64,000 nt of DNA, taken from positions 928,001-992,000 of the forward strand of contig OZ242376.1 in assembly GCA_965209085.1 (NCBI GenBank), in the 5' to 3' direction. Below are positions 38,509 to 49,228 of this stretch, one piece after another. A model generated the notes under the pieces. That model had not been told where the DNA came from. It made no database searches and saw nothing but the letters and a program-made list of their open reading frames with translations. Each line of letters opens with the position of its first letter. Position 1 is the first letter of the stretch. A program made the translations under genes and the position numbers. This DNA is from Nitrosopumilaceae archaeon (lineage in GTDB: Archaea > Thermoproteota > Nitrososphaeria > Nitrososphaerales > Nitrosopumilaceae).

Positions 38509-39317
38509 CCGACGTATATTCCATCACAGGGGAAAAGATCAAAACCGTACAGCTGCCTTTTGTCTTTAACACGCCTTTCCGTCACGATCTCATACACCGA
38601 ATATACGTAATACAAAATACGCATTCATTTCAACCAAAAGGAACGCATCCGACAGCGGGTATGGACGTTTCTGCAGATTCGTTGGATCCTCCAACAGGTC
38701 ACGGTCAGTCAAGGGTTGCAAGAATAAGAGCCGGCGGTGCCGGAGGCCGAGGCGGACAGGGAGGCGAGGTTGCATCCACCAGGGGTGGAAGACAGGCACA
38801 CCCCCCAAATGTGGAAAGAGTAATCCATAAAAAATCAAACAAAAAAGAACGCATGGTGGCACTGTGCTCTGCAATTGCCGCAACCGGCTCAAAGGAGAGA
38901 ATAACGCGCCGCAATCATTTCATCGGAAAATTTTCACAATTTCCAATCATAGTTGAGGATAAAATGGAGTCAATCTCCAAAACAAGCGAGGTTGTCGCAT
39001 TAATGAAATCCCTTGGAATATCCGAAGATGCAGATCGTCTCCAATACCGCAAAGTCAGAACCGGCAAGGCAGCTCTTCGCGGCAGGACAAAGAGAACAGG
39101 AGCTAGCATTTTACTTGTTGCAAAAGATTCAACAAATCTTGTACTCGCATCAGGCAGTATGCGCGGCATAGAGGCAAGGGATGCCTCAAATCTTAGTGTG
39201 CTTGATTTGGCCCCTGGCGGTGAGCCGGCAAGATTAGCGGTATATTCTGAATCAGCAATTGTTGAGCTTGGCAAGATACGCTCAGTACACTTGGAGGTAA
39301 TGGCGAGGGTACAATGA
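38505..39317 (+). CDS. rpl4: 50S ribosomal protein L4
   Basis: GGRQAHPP, LDLAPGG. Confidence 0.95.
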   Translation: MTDVYSITGEKIKTVQLPFVFNTPFRHDLIHRIYVIQNTHSFQPKGTHPTAGMDVSADSLDPPTGHGQSRVARIRAGGAGGRGGQGGEVASTRGGRQAHPPNVERVIHKKSNKKERMVALCSAIAATGSKERITRRNHFIGKFSQFPIIVEDKMESISKTSEVVALMKSLGISEDADRLQYRKVRTGKAALRGRTKRTGASILLVAKDSTNLVLASGSMRGIEARDASNLSVLDLAPGGEPARLAVYSESAIVELGKIRSVHLEVMARVQ

Positions 39318-39580
39318 ACATAGAGGAGGCAACAAAAATAGTGGAAATGCCATACAATACTGAAAAAACGTTTGCAATGGTTGAAAGCGAGGGTAAAATA
39401 TGCTTCATAGTGGAAAGATCGGCCCCAAAACCGTCCATTATTGACGCAGTAGAGGTCTTGTACGGGATTCGTCCAGTTAGTGTCAATACGGCACGTACGA
39501 TATACGGCAAAAAAGCGTTTGTAAAATTTGCCACCACCGAAAAGGCAAGGGATTTGGCAACAAAAATAGGAATGCTATAA
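39314..39580 (+). CDS. rpl23: 50S ribosomal protein L23
   Basis: TEK...GKKAFVKF...ATKIGML. Confidence 0.93.
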   Translation: MNIEEATKIVEMPYNTEKTFAMVESEGKICFIVERSAPKPSIIDAVEVLYGIRPVSVNTARTIYGKKAFVKFATTEKARDLATKIGML

Positions 39581-39622
39581 TATGTCTAAAAAACATTCCA
39601 AAACAACAGAGGATAATGAATA

Positions 39623-40018
39623 ATGGTTAAAAAATTCGACTTTAGAGGCATGCAGCTAGAAGAGCTCCAGTCGATGCCAAACGAGGACATGTTTAACATT
39701 TTAAACTCCCGCCAGCGCCGTTCACTAAAACGTGGCATTACCGATGGCAAACGCAAGCTCATAAAAGAGATCAAAGCTCTCAAAGCTGGCGATCTTAAAA
39801 ATCCAATAAAAACGCATTTACGGGATCTTATCATTTTACCCCACATGGTAGGAGTGGATGTCAGCGTGTTTTCTGGCAAAGAATTCAAACCGGTCAGCAT
39901 TACTACTCAGATGATAGGTCATTATGTCGGAGAGTATGTAATTACAAACAAAAAAGTGTCTCATGGGGCACCGGGAGTAGGCGCTTCAAGATCTAGCCTA
40001 TATGTGCCATTAAAGTGA
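39623..40018 (+). CDS. rps19: 30S ribosomal protein S19
   Basis: KTHLRD, MIGHYVGEY, HGAPGVGA. Confidence 0.95.
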   Translation: MVKKFDFRGMQLEELQSMPNEDMFNILNSRQRRSLKRGITDGKRKLIKEIKALKAGDLKNPIKTHLRDLIILPHMVGVDVSVFSGKEFKPVSITTQMIGHYVGEYVITNKKVSHGAPGVGASRSSLYVPLK

Positions 40019-40023
40019 TTATT

Positions 40024-40482
40024 ATGCCAAACTATGATTACGCTTTTCAAAATTACGACCCGGTACGTCATGTACGCGCATCAATGCGTGAAAAACAAAT
40101 TTCCCACAAACATGCGCGTGAAATTGCAAAAAGCATAATGGGTCTGAGTATTGAAAAAGCAAAAGACTATCTAAACGACGTTATCGTCAAAAAACGCGCC
40201 ATACCTTTCCGCAGATATAAAACACAGGTCGGGCACAGATCGGATCCTGGAATGATGGCCGGAAGATATCCGGAAAAATCAGCGGGGGAATTTATAAAAC
40301 TGTTGGATAATTTAGAGGCAAATGCCGAATACAAAGGACTTGATCCGGACAGACTTCGTATAATAAATGCCACAGTACACAAAGGTATGATAATAAAGAG
40401 ATTTACTCCAAGGGCAATGGGAAGAACGTCTGCAAAAAACAACGTGTTGACACATGTAGAACTTGTGGCAGTGGAGCGATAA
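40024..40482 (+). CDS. rpl22: 50S ribosomal protein L22
   Basis: GRYPEKSA, NAEYKGLD, PRAMGR. Confidence 0.95.
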   Translation: MPNYDYAFQNYDPVRHVRASMREKQISHKHAREIAKSIMGLSIEKAKDYLNDVIVKKRAIPFRRYKTQVGHRSDPGMMAGRYPEKSAGEFIKLLDNLEANAEYKGLDPDRLRIINATVHKGMIIKRFTPRAMGRTSAKNNVLTHVELVAVER

Positions 40483-40485
40483 AAA

Positions 40486-41223
40486 ATGTCCGCAATGAAA
40501 AACATCATGAAAAACAGATATCAGACAATGCTGTTGCGCGATTACCTGCGTGGTGCCATAAAAAACGCAGGATTCTCCCATGCGGATATTTCAAAGACGC
40601 CTACGGGTACCAAAGTTGCACTGCATGTCACACGGCCGGGCATCGTCATAGGAAGAAAGGGCACTGGAATTCGCGAACTGACTGAAAAAGTGGCAAACGA
40701 CTTTAATTTTAAAAATCCCCAGATTACTGTAGTGGAGATTACAAAACCGGATCAATCTCCAAGCGTCATGTGCAACCGTATGGCATCACATTTGGAACGC
40801 GGTACGGCTTTTCGCAGGGCAACAATGTGGACCATGCAGCAGATAATGGACAGCGGGGCTATGGGTGTGCAAATAACCATATCCGGCAAGCTTAGGGGCG
40901 ATAGATCTGCATTTGAAAAACACACCGCAGGCATACTTCCAAGGGCGGGCCATCATGCAACAGTTATCGTAGATGAGGATATTGCACATGTAAAGACACC
41001 CATGGGTCTTATCGGCATACGCATTAGAATCGCCAAAAAAGAAAAACTTATTCCAGAATTTGAGATGAAAAAAACCAAAAAGAAAGATGTAGAGGTACAA
41101 AAACCAAAGACGGATGTAAAAGAGATTACAGACCCGTCCCAAAAACTGGATGTAAAATCCAGCATTACTAAAGAGCAACAGGTGGCAAAGGATGCGGCAC
41201 TAATCAATGGAGCAGATGCATAA
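40486..41223 (+). CDS. rps3: 30S ribosomal protein S3
   Basis: [17 protein letters not shown]. Confidence 0.95.
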   Translation: MSAMKNIMKNRYQTMLLRDYLRGAIKNAGFSHADISKTPTGTKVALHVTRPGIVIGRKGTGIRELTEKVANDFNFKNPQITVVEITKPDQSPSVMCNRMASHLERGTAFRRATMWTMQQIMDSGAMGVQITISGKLRGDRSAFEKHTAGILPRAGHHATVIVDEDIAHVKTPMGLIGIRIRIAKKEKLIPEFEMKKTKKKDVEVQKPKTDVKEITDPSQKLDVKSSITKEQQVAKDAALINGADA

Positions 41224-41225
41224 AT

Positions 41226-41429
41226 ATGGCAAAACTGCGTGCAAAGGCGATCAAAGCCATGAATTCTGAAGATATAAAATCAATGATACAAGATTTAAGG
41301 GCGGATTTAACAAAGATGAGAATGAGTTCTAAAAACGGCACACTGCGCAAAGATAGCGGCAAGATACGTCCTTTGCGCCGCAATATTGCCCGCCTGTTCA
41401 CAAAACTAACAGAGGTAGAAGCGCAATGA
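41226..41429 (+). CDS. rpl29: 50S ribosomal protein L29
   Basis: IRPLRRNIARLFT; operon position. Confidence 0.9.
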   Translation: MAKLRAKAIKAMNSEDIKSMIQDLRADLTKMRMSSKNGTLRKDSGKIRPLRRNIARLFTKLTEVEAQ

Positions 41430-41686
41430 TTACGCCAGAAAACCTGTATGCACACGAGCTGACAGGACTGCATGTCAGCGTATGCAAATCATGCAATCCG
41501 CAAATGCTCAATGTTTCAGGTACAATTGTACGCGAAAGCAAAAACATGTTTCACATTGCAACGCATTTGGGACAAAAAATGTATCCTAAAAGAGGTTCTG
41601 CATGGGAATTCGAATTGGGAGAATCAAAATGCATTCTAGACGGCGCACAAATTGCGTACAGGACGCATGAGAGGAGTGCAAAATGA
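41426..41686 (+). CDS. rnp1: Ribonuclease P protein component 1 (Rpp29/POP4)
   Basis: HELTGLHV, GTIVRESKN; operon position. Confidence 0.85.
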   Translation: MITPENLYAHELTGLHVSVCKSCNPQMLNVSGTIVRESKNMFHIATHLGQKMYPKRGSAWEFELGESKCILDGAQIAYRTHERSAK

Positions 41687-42012
41687 CAAGAAACATAGGC
41701 ATTAAAGTTACAGCGCCAAACTTGGAGATAAAAAAAGGCGACATAAAAAATCCATTCAACGGAACACTCTCAATACGCGGCAAAATATTCGAGGGTGTTG
41801 TTGTCAGTGCGAATGCAAAAAACACGGTCGTAATTGAAAAAGATTCTCCGGTTAGATTTTCAAAATTCAAAAGATATGCCAGGGGTAAAAGCAGCATTCA
41901 TGCCCACGTTCCATCCAACATTGAGATTAATGAGGGCGATAAAGTAATGGCCGCAGAATGTAGACCGATTGCAAAATCAGTCTCATTTGTCATAATAGAG
42001 GTGCTCAAATAA
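41683..42012 (+). CDS. rps17: 30S ribosomal protein S17
   Basis: PFNGTLSIRG, ECRPIAK. Confidence 0.93.
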   Translation: MTRNIGIKVTAPNLEIKKGDIKNPFNGTLSIRGKIFEGVVVSANAKNTVVIEKDSPVRFSKFKRYARGKSSIHAHVPSNIEINEGDKVMAAECRPIAKSVSFVIIEVLK

Positions 42013-42446
42013 TGTCACAGGGTAGAAGCCGCGGCAAAGCCAAAGGTGTGGAGGAATTTAGGCCATATGTTACACGCGCCCTGCCAGTTGGTGCCCAGAT
42101 AACGTGCGCCGACAACAGCGGTGCAAAGATACTTGAAATTATTATGGTTCATAAAATAAAAACCCGTGTTTCACGTCTTCCTGCAGCAGCAGTCGGGGAT
42201 TTTGTAAACGTCGTGGTAAAAAAAGGGCCAGCAGAGCTGCGCAAACAGGTACATGGTGCCGTTATAGTCAGACAAAAATATGCCGTCAGGAGGCTAAACG
42301 GTGTAAGAGTAGCATTTGAGGATAATGCAGCAGTGCTTGTCACCCCGGAAGGCGAGTTAAAGGGTACTGACATTAAAGGACCAGTTGCAGCAGAGGCTTC
42401 AGAAAAATGGCCAAGAGTTGCAAATCTGGCATCAACGGTGGTATGA
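42012..42446 (+). CDS. rpl14: 50S ribosomal protein L14
   Basis: [15 protein letters not shown]. Confidence 0.96.
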   Translation: MSQGRSRGKAKGVEEFRPYVTRALPVGAQITCADNSGAKILEIIMVHKIKTRVSRLPAAAVGDFVNVVVKKGPAELRKQVHGAVIVRQKYAVRRLNGVRVAFEDNAAVLVTPEGELKGTDIKGPVAAEASEKWPRVANLASTVV

Positions 42447-42447
42447 T

Positions 42448-43005
42448 ATGAAGCCTACAAAGATGAGAAATATGCAGATATACAGAGCCTCGTTGGAATT
42501 CCGTAGTCGCCAGCTTGCAAGTCCGCTCTCAAAAGATTTGCGCAAAAAATACGGCAAACGCAGTGCCCGTGTAATCGAAGGAGATACCATACTGATTGTC
42601 CGCGGAGAATACAAAGAGATATCCGGCAAGGTGATAAAATCAAATGCGGCAGACGGCACCATAGCCATAGAAGATGTTAAAAAAGAAAAAGGCAAAGGGG
42701 ACAAGATAGATGTCATGGTGCACGCATCAAACGTGGTAATTACAGCTCTTGATACAACCGACAAATGGAGACGGGCCCGTTTGGAAGGCAAAAAATCCAA
42801 AGTTAAAAATTCAACAACGGATACGGTTGCAAATGTCAAACCCACAGCTAGTACAAAACCGGCAGAGAGTACAAAACCGACGGAGGGTGCACAATCATCA
42901 GCTAGTACAAAACCGGCAGAGAGTACAAAACCGGCAGAGAGTACAAAACCGGCAGAGAGTACAAAACCGGCAGAGAGTACAAAACCGACGGAGGGTGCAC
43001 AATAA
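42448..43005 (+). CDS. rpl24: 50S ribosomal protein L24 with repetitive C-terminal tail
   Basis: [26 protein letters not shown]; start at ATG 42448. Confidence 0.92.
   Translation: MKPTKMRNMQIYRASLEFRSRQLASPLSKDLRKKYGKRSARVIEGDTILIVRGEYKEISGKVIKSNAADGTIAIEDVKKEKGKGDKIDVMVHASNVVITALDTTDKWRRARLEGKKSKVKNSTTDTVANVKPTASTKPAESTKPTEGAQSSASTKPAESTKPAESTKPAESTKPAESTKPTEGAQ
42846..43002 (+). repeat. 18-bp tandem repeat (STKPAE) in the rpl24 tail
   Basis: AGTACAAAACCGGCAGAG units in two blocks, each ending in STKPTEGAQ. Confidence 0.9.
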
Positions 43006-43724
43006 TGGTCAGCATTGCAGGCAGTAAAAAACTAAAACGTCAAATGGCTCCGCAGTTTTGGGGAATAACACGCAAGAGTAAACGGTTTGTGGTTACGGTA
43101 AAATCAGGCGCACATCCAAAAGAATTTTCAGTCCCACTGGCAGTTTTCCTGCGCGATACGCTACAAATTGTAAAAACTCTTCGTGAAGCCAAAGCCAGCA
43201 TTTACGGAAACAAGCTAAAAGTTGACGGAATTGTCCGCAAATCACTCCACCACGGACTTGGCCTCATGGACGTAATAGAACTAGACGGAATAAAAGAAAT
43301 TTACAGAATGGTTCCACGCGATGGGGCGATTTTGAAACCGGTCGTAATAGATGATTCTGAAAAAACAAAAAAAATATGCCGCATTACCAGCAAAACCACA
43401 CTAAACGGAGGCAAGATGCAGATTGGACTGCACGATGGAAGGAGTATCATATCTGATGTAAAAGCATCCGTGGGTGATTCATGTATTTTGGAGGTTCCAA
43501 GTCAGAACATTGTGGAAATCATAAAAATGGAGCCTGGAACTGTTGCAATAGTAACGCGCGGGGTAAACGCCGGACAGCTTGGCACCATAAAGGCCGTAAA
43601 AGAAGGCACATTTATGCTTCCAAAGATGATCTCTTTGGAGTTAAAAGGAAGACAGGTGAAGATACCCACGGGAATAATAATACCCGTTGGTAGCGGAAAG
43701 CCGGCACTGGGGATTGGTAAGTAG
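43005..43724 (+). CDS. rps4e: 30S ribosomal protein S4e
   Basis: LKRQMAP.FW, LRD.L, GLMDVI, HDGRSI. Confidence 0.94.
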   Translation: MVSIAGSKKLKRQMAPQFWGITRKSKRFVVTVKSGAHPKEFSVPLAVFLRDTLQIVKTLREAKASIYGNKLKVDGIVRKSLHHGLGLMDVIELDGIKEIYRMVPRDGAILKPVVIDDSEKTKKICRITSKTTLNGGKMQIGLHDGRSIISDVKASVGDSCILEVPSQNIVEIIKMEPGTVAIVTRGVNAGQLGTIKAVKEGTFMLPKMISLELKGRQVKIPTGIIIPVGSGKPALGIGK

Positions 43725-43726
43725 AC

Positions 43727-44251
43727 ATGTCAGAGCAAACCACAGAAAATATCATGAAAAAGATTACCCTCTCAAAGGTGGTTCTAAACATGGGAGTTGG
43801 TAAATCCGGCGATGCAATAGTAACTTGCAAAAAAGCGCTCGATTACATATCTGGTAAAAAATCATGTGCTAGAAACGCAAAAGAAAGCCAGAGGGACTTT
43901 GGTGTCCGCAAAGGCGAACCAATAGGCGTTGCAGTTACAATACGCGGCAAGGATGCAATGTTGCTCTTAAAACGGCTCTTGGATGCAAAAGGTAATACAC
44001 TGCGCGGCAAATCTTTTGATAATTTTGGCAACGTCTCTTTTGGGATTAAAGAGCACATAGACATACCGAATGTAAAATACGATCCACACATCGGCATACT
44101 TGGTCTTGACGTGGCAGTATCGCTCAATAGACCCGGATTCAGCATACGCACGCGTAGCCGTCACAAGGCAAAATTGGGGAAAAATCACAAAATTACAGCA
44201 TTGCAGGCACAAGGCTTCATATCAAAGGAATTTGGGACGGACATGGTATAA
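43727..44251 (+). CDS. rpl5: 50S ribosomal protein L5
   Basis: [19 protein letters not shown]. Confidence 0.95.
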   Translation: MSEQTTENIMKKITLSKVVLNMGVGKSGDAIVTCKKALDYISGKKSCARNAKESQRDFGVRKGEPIGVAVTIRGKDAMLLLKRLLDAKGNTLRGKSFDNFGNVSFGIKEHIDIPNVKYDPHIGILGLDVAVSLNRPGFSIRTRSRHKAKLGKNHKITALQAQGFISKEFGTDMV

Positions 44252-44252
44252 A

Positions 44253-44432
44253 ATGGCCAAAGACAGAAGCTACGAGAGTACGGGAAGAAAAAAGCACAAC
44301 TTTGGCCGCGGTTCCAAATGGTGTAAAAGATGCGGGGATTATACTGCGGTAATTCAAAAATATGACTTAATGCTGTGTAGGCGATGCTTTAGGGAAGTCG
44401 CAATCGATCTGGGGTTTAAGAAAAACAGGTGA
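44253..44432 (+). CDS. rps14: 30S ribosomal protein S14 (Zn-binding)
   Basis: CKRCG...LCRRCFRE; start at ATG 44253. Confidence 0.93.
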   Translation: MAKDRSYESTGRKKHNFGRGSKWCKRCGDYTAVIQKYDLMLCRRCFREVAIDLGFKKNR

Positions 44433-44437
44433 TATGA

Positions 44438-44830
44438 ATGCCGGCAACTAATATTATAGCAAATTTGTTTGTCACCTTGTACAATACAGGTGCGCGCAGA
44501 AAACGCCAGTGTACGATATATCCAACCTCCAATCTTGGAGTCGAGGTTTTAAAGACGCTGCAAAAAGACGGATATATTCAAAGCTACGAGTACGTTGATG
44601 ACAAAAGAGGCGGCAAATTCAAAATCGAACTTGGTGCAAAAATTACAAAATGCGGATCCATATCGCCGCGCTTTAGGGTCTCAAAGGACGAGTATACTTT
44701 TTGGGAGAGGCAGTATCTTCCAGCATACAACAGGGGAATGCTGCTTGTCACTACAAACCAGGGCGTAATGTCCCATCATACAGCGGCAGAAAAAGGAATA
44801 GGGGGGTTTTTGATAGGGTATGTCTTCTAA
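44438..44830 (+). CDS. rps8: 30S ribosomal protein S8
   Basis: CGSISPRF, TTNQGVMSH. Confidence 0.95.
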   Translation: MPATNIIANLFVTLYNTGARRKRQCTIYPTSNLGVEVLKTLQKDGYIQSYEYVDDKRGGKFKIELGAKITKCGSISPRFRVSKDEYTFWERQYLPAYNRGMLLVTTNQGVMSHHTAAEKGIGGFLIGYVF

Positions 44831-45380
44831 TCAACAATCCCAAAAAACTTCACAGGAAATTGCCATACCTGACGGAGTCAGTGTAAGCATCAAAGGCAGA
44901 ATGATGCACGTGCAAGGTCCGCTTGGAGAGACGTTTAAAAATTTCAGAAAAATACCAGTGGATATAGAAATTGGTGAAAAAACCGTCACCATAAAATCAC
45001 GCGGTACGCGCAAACATGATTACTCCATAATGAATACGGCCCGCTCGCTTGTCCGCGTCCTCTTTGAGGGAATTGTTACAGGGTATACGATAAAAATGAA
45101 AATTGTATACGCCCATTTTCCAGTTACAGTATCTGTGAAAAACAACATTGTGCAGATTGAAAATTTCCAAGGAGAACGCTCGGCCCGTTTGGCCGACATT
45201 GTGGGTAAAACCAAAGTCGTTCCAAAGGGTGAGGTTGTTACAATTACAGGGGCCGTCTTAACGGATGTAACGCAGACTGCTGCAAACATTGCACAAAATA
45301 CAAAGGTAAAAAACAAAGATCACCGCGTATTTTTGGACGGCATATACATTGAAGAGCAAAAATCAGGCATTGAGAAATAA
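44820..45380 (+). CDS. rpl6: 50S ribosomal protein L6
   Basis: YAHFP, NFQGER, RVFLDGIYI. Confidence 0.95.
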   Translation: MSSNQQSQKTSQEIAIPDGVSVSIKGRMMHVQGPLGETFKNFRKIPVDIEIGEKTVTIKSRGTRKHDYSIMNTARSLVRVLFEGIVTGYTIKMKIVYAHFPVTVSVKNNIVQIENFQGERSARLADIVGKTKVVPKGEVVTITGAVLTDVTQTAANIAQNTKVKNKDHRVFLDGIYIEEQKSGIEK

Positions 45381-45391
45381 CCTGCCAGGAT

Positions 45392-45694
45392 ATGTTATCC
45401 GTGACTCTAGATTCTGAATATAAAAAACGGACAGATGAGCTAGTATCGCAGTCATTAGAGCTGTACAAAAAAGCCGGAGCATCCCCTCGCATATCTGATG
45501 TATGGCATGCCAAAAGGCAGGGTGATTTTTTATGCGGATTTTTTGTCGGAGAAATGGTGGGCTCGGCACTCAGTGCGTTCCAGTCTTTTCACAAACGCGA
45601 ACCGACAGGACCTGAGCATGCTGAAATTGTTGACATTGTAGAGGCGTATGCAGAGCAAATCAGGGATTTTTTTGCAAAGTTTAACCCGCAATGA
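45392..45694 (+). CDS. Hypothetical protein
   Basis: 100-aa ORF directly after rpl6. Confidence 0.65.
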   Translation: MLSVTLDSEYKKRTDELVSQSLELYKKAGASPRISDVWHAKRQGDFLCGFFVGEMVGSALSAFQSFHKREPTGPEHAEIVDIVEAYAEQIRDFFAKFNPQ

Positions 45695-45765
45695 GCAAGG
45701 TTTTACAGCCTCGTAAAATCCCTAGTCTGCAAAAAGAATTAAACCGCATGAATACAGGGATAGTC

Positions 45766-46719
45766 ATGGAATCAAAGCAGGCGTTTTTGGAGGCGTTGGC
45801 AGAAAGGATACTAGTGTTTGATGGCGCAATGGGGACTGAAATTCAAAAACTCTCTCCTGAACCGGAGGATTTTCCCGACAAAAAGGACGGCTTTAATGAC
45901 GGACTTGTTTTAACACATCCTGAATGGATTGTAAAAATTCATGAAAAATACATCAGGGCCGGAGCTGACTGCATAGAAACAAACACGTTTGGATCAAACA
46001 AGATAAAGCTAGACGAATACGGTTTTGGCCAGAGAACAGTTGAGATTAACGAAAAGGCAGTCTCGCTTGCATTACAAGCTGCAGAAAACACGAAAAAACT
46101 CTGCTACATCATAGGTACAATGGGTCCAAGCGGATATCTTCCAAGCTCACACGATCCGGATCTTGGGCAGATACCCCTCTTGGAGATACGCGAGGCGTAC
46201 GAGTTGCAGGCAGTTGGACTTGTATCCGGCGGGGCTGATGCCATATTGATAGAGACAAGTCAGGACATATTGGAGGTAAAGCTTGCAGTGCAGGGGGCAC
46301 ATGTTGCAATGCAAAAAACCAGCACAAAGATTCCCATAATTGCAAACGTCACGTTGGATCAGTACGGTAAGATGCTTCTTGGTACAAAGATAGATGCTGC
46401 ATACACCACAGTGTCCCCAATGGGCATAGACGTGTTTGGTCTAAACTGTTCCACAGGTCCTGAAGAGATGGAAGAGAGTATAAGATGGCTCAACGAGGAA
46501 GCATTGCATCCAATCATCATAGTTCCAAATGCAGGAATGCCGGTAAACGAGGGCGGCGTTGCAAAATACGGCATGGGTCCCAAAGATATGTCCGCATCCC
46601 TTGGCAGATTCCTTGTCAAATATCCTGCCATACGCATCATAGGCGGATGTTGCGGTACCACACCAGAGCATACAAAGGCGTTTCGGGAGACAGTCGATGC
46701 TGTCCCAAAGGCGCGCTAG
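45766..46719 (+). CDS. metH: B12-dependent methionine synthase, homocysteine-binding module (split MetH)
   Basis: DGAMGT, ETNTFG, GLNCSTGP, PNAGMP, GGCCGTTPEH. Confidence 0.9.
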   Translation: MESKQAFLEALAERILVFDGAMGTEIQKLSPEPEDFPDKKDGFNDGLVLTHPEWIVKIHEKYIRAGADCIETNTFGSNKIKLDEYGFGQRTVEINEKAVSLALQAAENTKKLCYIIGTMGPSGYLPSSHDPDLGQIPLLEIREAYELQAVGLVSGGADAILIETSQDILEVKLAVQGAHVAMQKTSTKIPIIANVTLDQYGKMLLGTKIDAAYTTVSPMGIDVFGLNCSTGPEEMEESIRWLNEEALHPIIIVPNAGMPVNEGGVAKYGMGPKDMSASLGRFLVKYPAIRIIGGCCGTTPEHTKAFRETVDAVPKAR

Positions 46720-46762
46720 TTTGACCCGCGAAGTATTTACAAAGCGCAAAATATACACCAGT

Positions 46763-49228
46763 ATGAATGAGCAAAGAATCAGCTCCGCGCTTAGCTCAAT
46801 AAAGATACGGCAGGTTCCGGCTCCGCTGATAATAGGCGAAAGGCTCAACACGCAGGGTTCAAGAATCGCAAAAAGGCTCGTAATGGAAAACGACTACGAG
46901 GGTTTGCTGAGTCTTGCCAGAGAACAGGTGGATAATGGAGCCCACTGTCTTGACGTATGTGTTGCCACCACAGAGAGGGATGATGAAAAAGAATTCATGT
47001 GCAATCTTGTAAAACATCTCTGCCTTACAGTTGATGCCCCTCTGGTAATAGATTCCACGGATCCGGAAGTGATAGAGGCATCACTTGAGCAGATTCCAGC
47101 CTTGCCCATAATAAATTCAATAAATCTTGAAGGGGACGGTTCCCGCTTTAGGCAGATTGCCCCACTTATGGCAAAATACGGCGCCCCTGCCATCGCAATG
47201 TGCATAGGACCGGATGGCATGGCAAAAACCCCAAAAGAGAAACTGCAGGTTGCGCAAATGATGGTAAAGGAAGGTGAAAAATACGGACTTGGGAAACAAC
47301 AGTTTGTCTTTGATGTTTTAACATTTACCCTGGCAACTGGCGAGGAAGAATTTCGCAGTGCTGGGAAAAACACATTGGATGGAATACGCATGGTGCACGA
47401 GAATATGCCCGAATCATATACTGTCTTGGGGTTAAGTAACATCAGTTTTGGACTAGAAAAGCAGGCAAGAATTGTGATAAATTCAGTATTTTTGCACCAT
47501 GCTGTAAAAGCGGGACTTGATTGCGCAATAGTAAATGCAAAAGAGATTATTCCATACGGGGAGATTGAATCTGCCGAGATACGTCTAACAGAAGATCTGA
47601 TATTTGATAAATCCGAGGACGCACTTGCGAATCTCATATCTTATTTTGATGGGGTAAAACCTGCAACAATGGGGAAAAAACAGGACAGGATGGACGAGTC
47701 GTGGAGCTGGGGTAAAAAATGCAATTACCGCATCATGCACCGGTTAAAGGATGGGATAGAAAAGGATGTGGTTTTTTCAATATCTGAAAAACTGCCAAAA
47801 GGTGTGCTCATATCAGATGCCAACGAGGTTGAAAAACACAAAGCTGCCTTGGGCACGTTAAATGAGGATCTTCTTCCTGCCATGAAAGAGGTCGGCGATA
47901 AATTTGGAGCAGGCGAGCTTATACTGCCGTTTGTGCTAAAATCCGCCGAATGTATGAAAGCTGCAGTCAGGGAGCTTGAAAAATATCTCATGCAAAAAGA
48001 AGGCACCTCAAAGGGGATTTTTGTGTTAGGTACAGTGCAGGGCGATGTGCACGATATTGGGAAAAATCTGGTAAAGACAATATTTGAAAACAACGGATAT
48101 ACCGTACATGATCTTGGAAAACAGGTTCCGCTTCAGAAATTTCTTGAAAAAATAAAAGAGACGAATCCAGACGCTATAGGATTATCTGCACTATTGGTTG
48201 CAACATCCAAACAAATGGGTTTGTTTGTAGAGCATGCAAGAAAAGCCGGAATGAATCTGCCGGTTTTGTGCGGAGGGGCAGCTGTTAACAGCAGCTTTGT
48301 AAACAGAATTGCCAAAAAAGATTCAGTGTACAACCCCGGGGTCTTTTACTGCAATACCATGTTTGAGGGGCTAAAGATAATGGACAAACTTGTATCAGAT
48401 GAGCGCGAAGAGTTTGTGCTCAAATGGCGGGGAAAAATGGACAAATGGACCGAGAATGTACAGGTAAAGACCCCCTCGGTGCAGCGCAGCGATATCAAAC
48501 CAGTAAATCCGCCAAAAATTCCCAAAACTGGCAGGGCTACAAATCTTGACAAAAACGACATACCTTTGGATAAGGTCTGGGAGATGATGGATGAAAAATC
48601 CCTCTTCAAACTTTCATGGGGCATAAGGGGAAATGCTGCAAAAAAAACCGATATTGATACAGATGAGCTCTTGTTACAGTGGAAAGAAAGGGTGAAAAGG
48701 GACAATCTTTTCGAGCCACACATAGTGTACGGATATTACAAATGCAAAGGTATGGGGACAAAGCTGGAGGTTAAAAAATGGGACGGTGGAACGGTGACTT
48801 TTGATTTTCCGCGCTCCGGGCATGAGAGACGTTTGTGCATACCAGATTATTTTGGAAATGATGATACAGTTGCATTCCAGGCAGTTACTGTGGGAAAAAA
48901 AGTGGCAGATCTTGTTGAAAAATGGAACAAAGAAGACCAGTATACTGACGCATATTACCTGCACGGTCTTGCGGTGGAGACAGCTGAGGCTCTAGCAGAA
49001 TGGACGCACAATAAAATACGAGCCGAGCTTGGAATCGGAGATTCGGGTCTGCGATACAGCTGGGGATTTCCAAGCTGCCCAGATGTAGGTCAACACAGGC
49101 ATGTATGGGATCTGCTGCAACCTGCAAAAGAGATAATGGAGATAACAAAAGAGGGTCAGATTATACCAGAGCAGTCAACTGCGGCTATTGTGGTGCACCA
49201 TCCAAAAGCTGCATATTTTACAATCTAG
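46763..49228 (+). CDS. metH: B12-dependent methionine synthase, pterin/cobalamin/activation modules
   Basis: IGERLN, INSINLE, GDVHDIGKNLV, RYSWGFPSCPD. Confidence 0.92.
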   Translation: MNEQRISSALSSIKIRQVPAPLIIGERLNTQGSRIAKRLVMENDYEGLLSLAREQVDNGAHCLDVCVATTERDDEKEFMCNLVKHLCLTVDAPLVIDSTDPEVIEASLEQIPALPIINSINLEGDGSRFRQIAPLMAKYGAPAIAMCIGPDGMAKTPKEKLQVAQMMVKEGEKYGLGKQQFVFDVLTFTLATGEEEFRSAGKNTLDGIRMVHENMPESYTVLGLSNISFGLEKQARIVINSVFLHHAVKAGLDCAIVNAKEIIPYGEIESAEIRLTEDLIFDKSEDALANLISYFDGVKPATMGKKQDRMDESWSWGKKCNYRIMHRLKDGIEKDVVFSISEKLPKGVLISDANEVEKHKAALGTLNEDLLPAMKEVGDKFGAGELILPFVLKSAECMKAAVRELEKYLMQKEGTSKGIFVLGTVQGDVHDIGKNLVKTIFENNGYTVHDLGKQVPLQKFLEKIKETNPDAIGLSALLVATSKQMGLFVEHARKAGMNLPVLCGGAAVNSSFVNRIAKKDSVYNPGVFYCNTMFEGLKIMDKLVSDEREEFVLKWRGKMDKWTENVQVKTPSVQRSDIKPVNPPKIPKTGRATNLDKNDIPLDKVWEMMDEKSLFKLSWGIRGNAAKKTDIDTDELLLQWKERVKRDNLFEPHIVYGYYKCKGMGTKLEVKKWDGGTVTFDFPRSGHERRLCIPDYFGNDDTVAFQAVTVGKKVADLVEKWNKEDQYTDAYYLHGLAVETAEALAEWTHNKIRAELGIGDSGLRYSWGFPSCPDVGQHRHVWDLLQPAKEIMEITKEGQIIPEQSTAAIVVHHPKAAYFTI

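Noticed and set aside
39580-39623. rpl2 absent between rpl23 and rps19
   Set aside because: As I recall, rpl2 is located elsewhere in Nitrososphaerota, so this is not evidence of loss.
45691-49228. Split metH as a frameshift or pseudogene
   Set aside because: Both halves are complete domain modules with their own starts; split MetH is known in this lineage.
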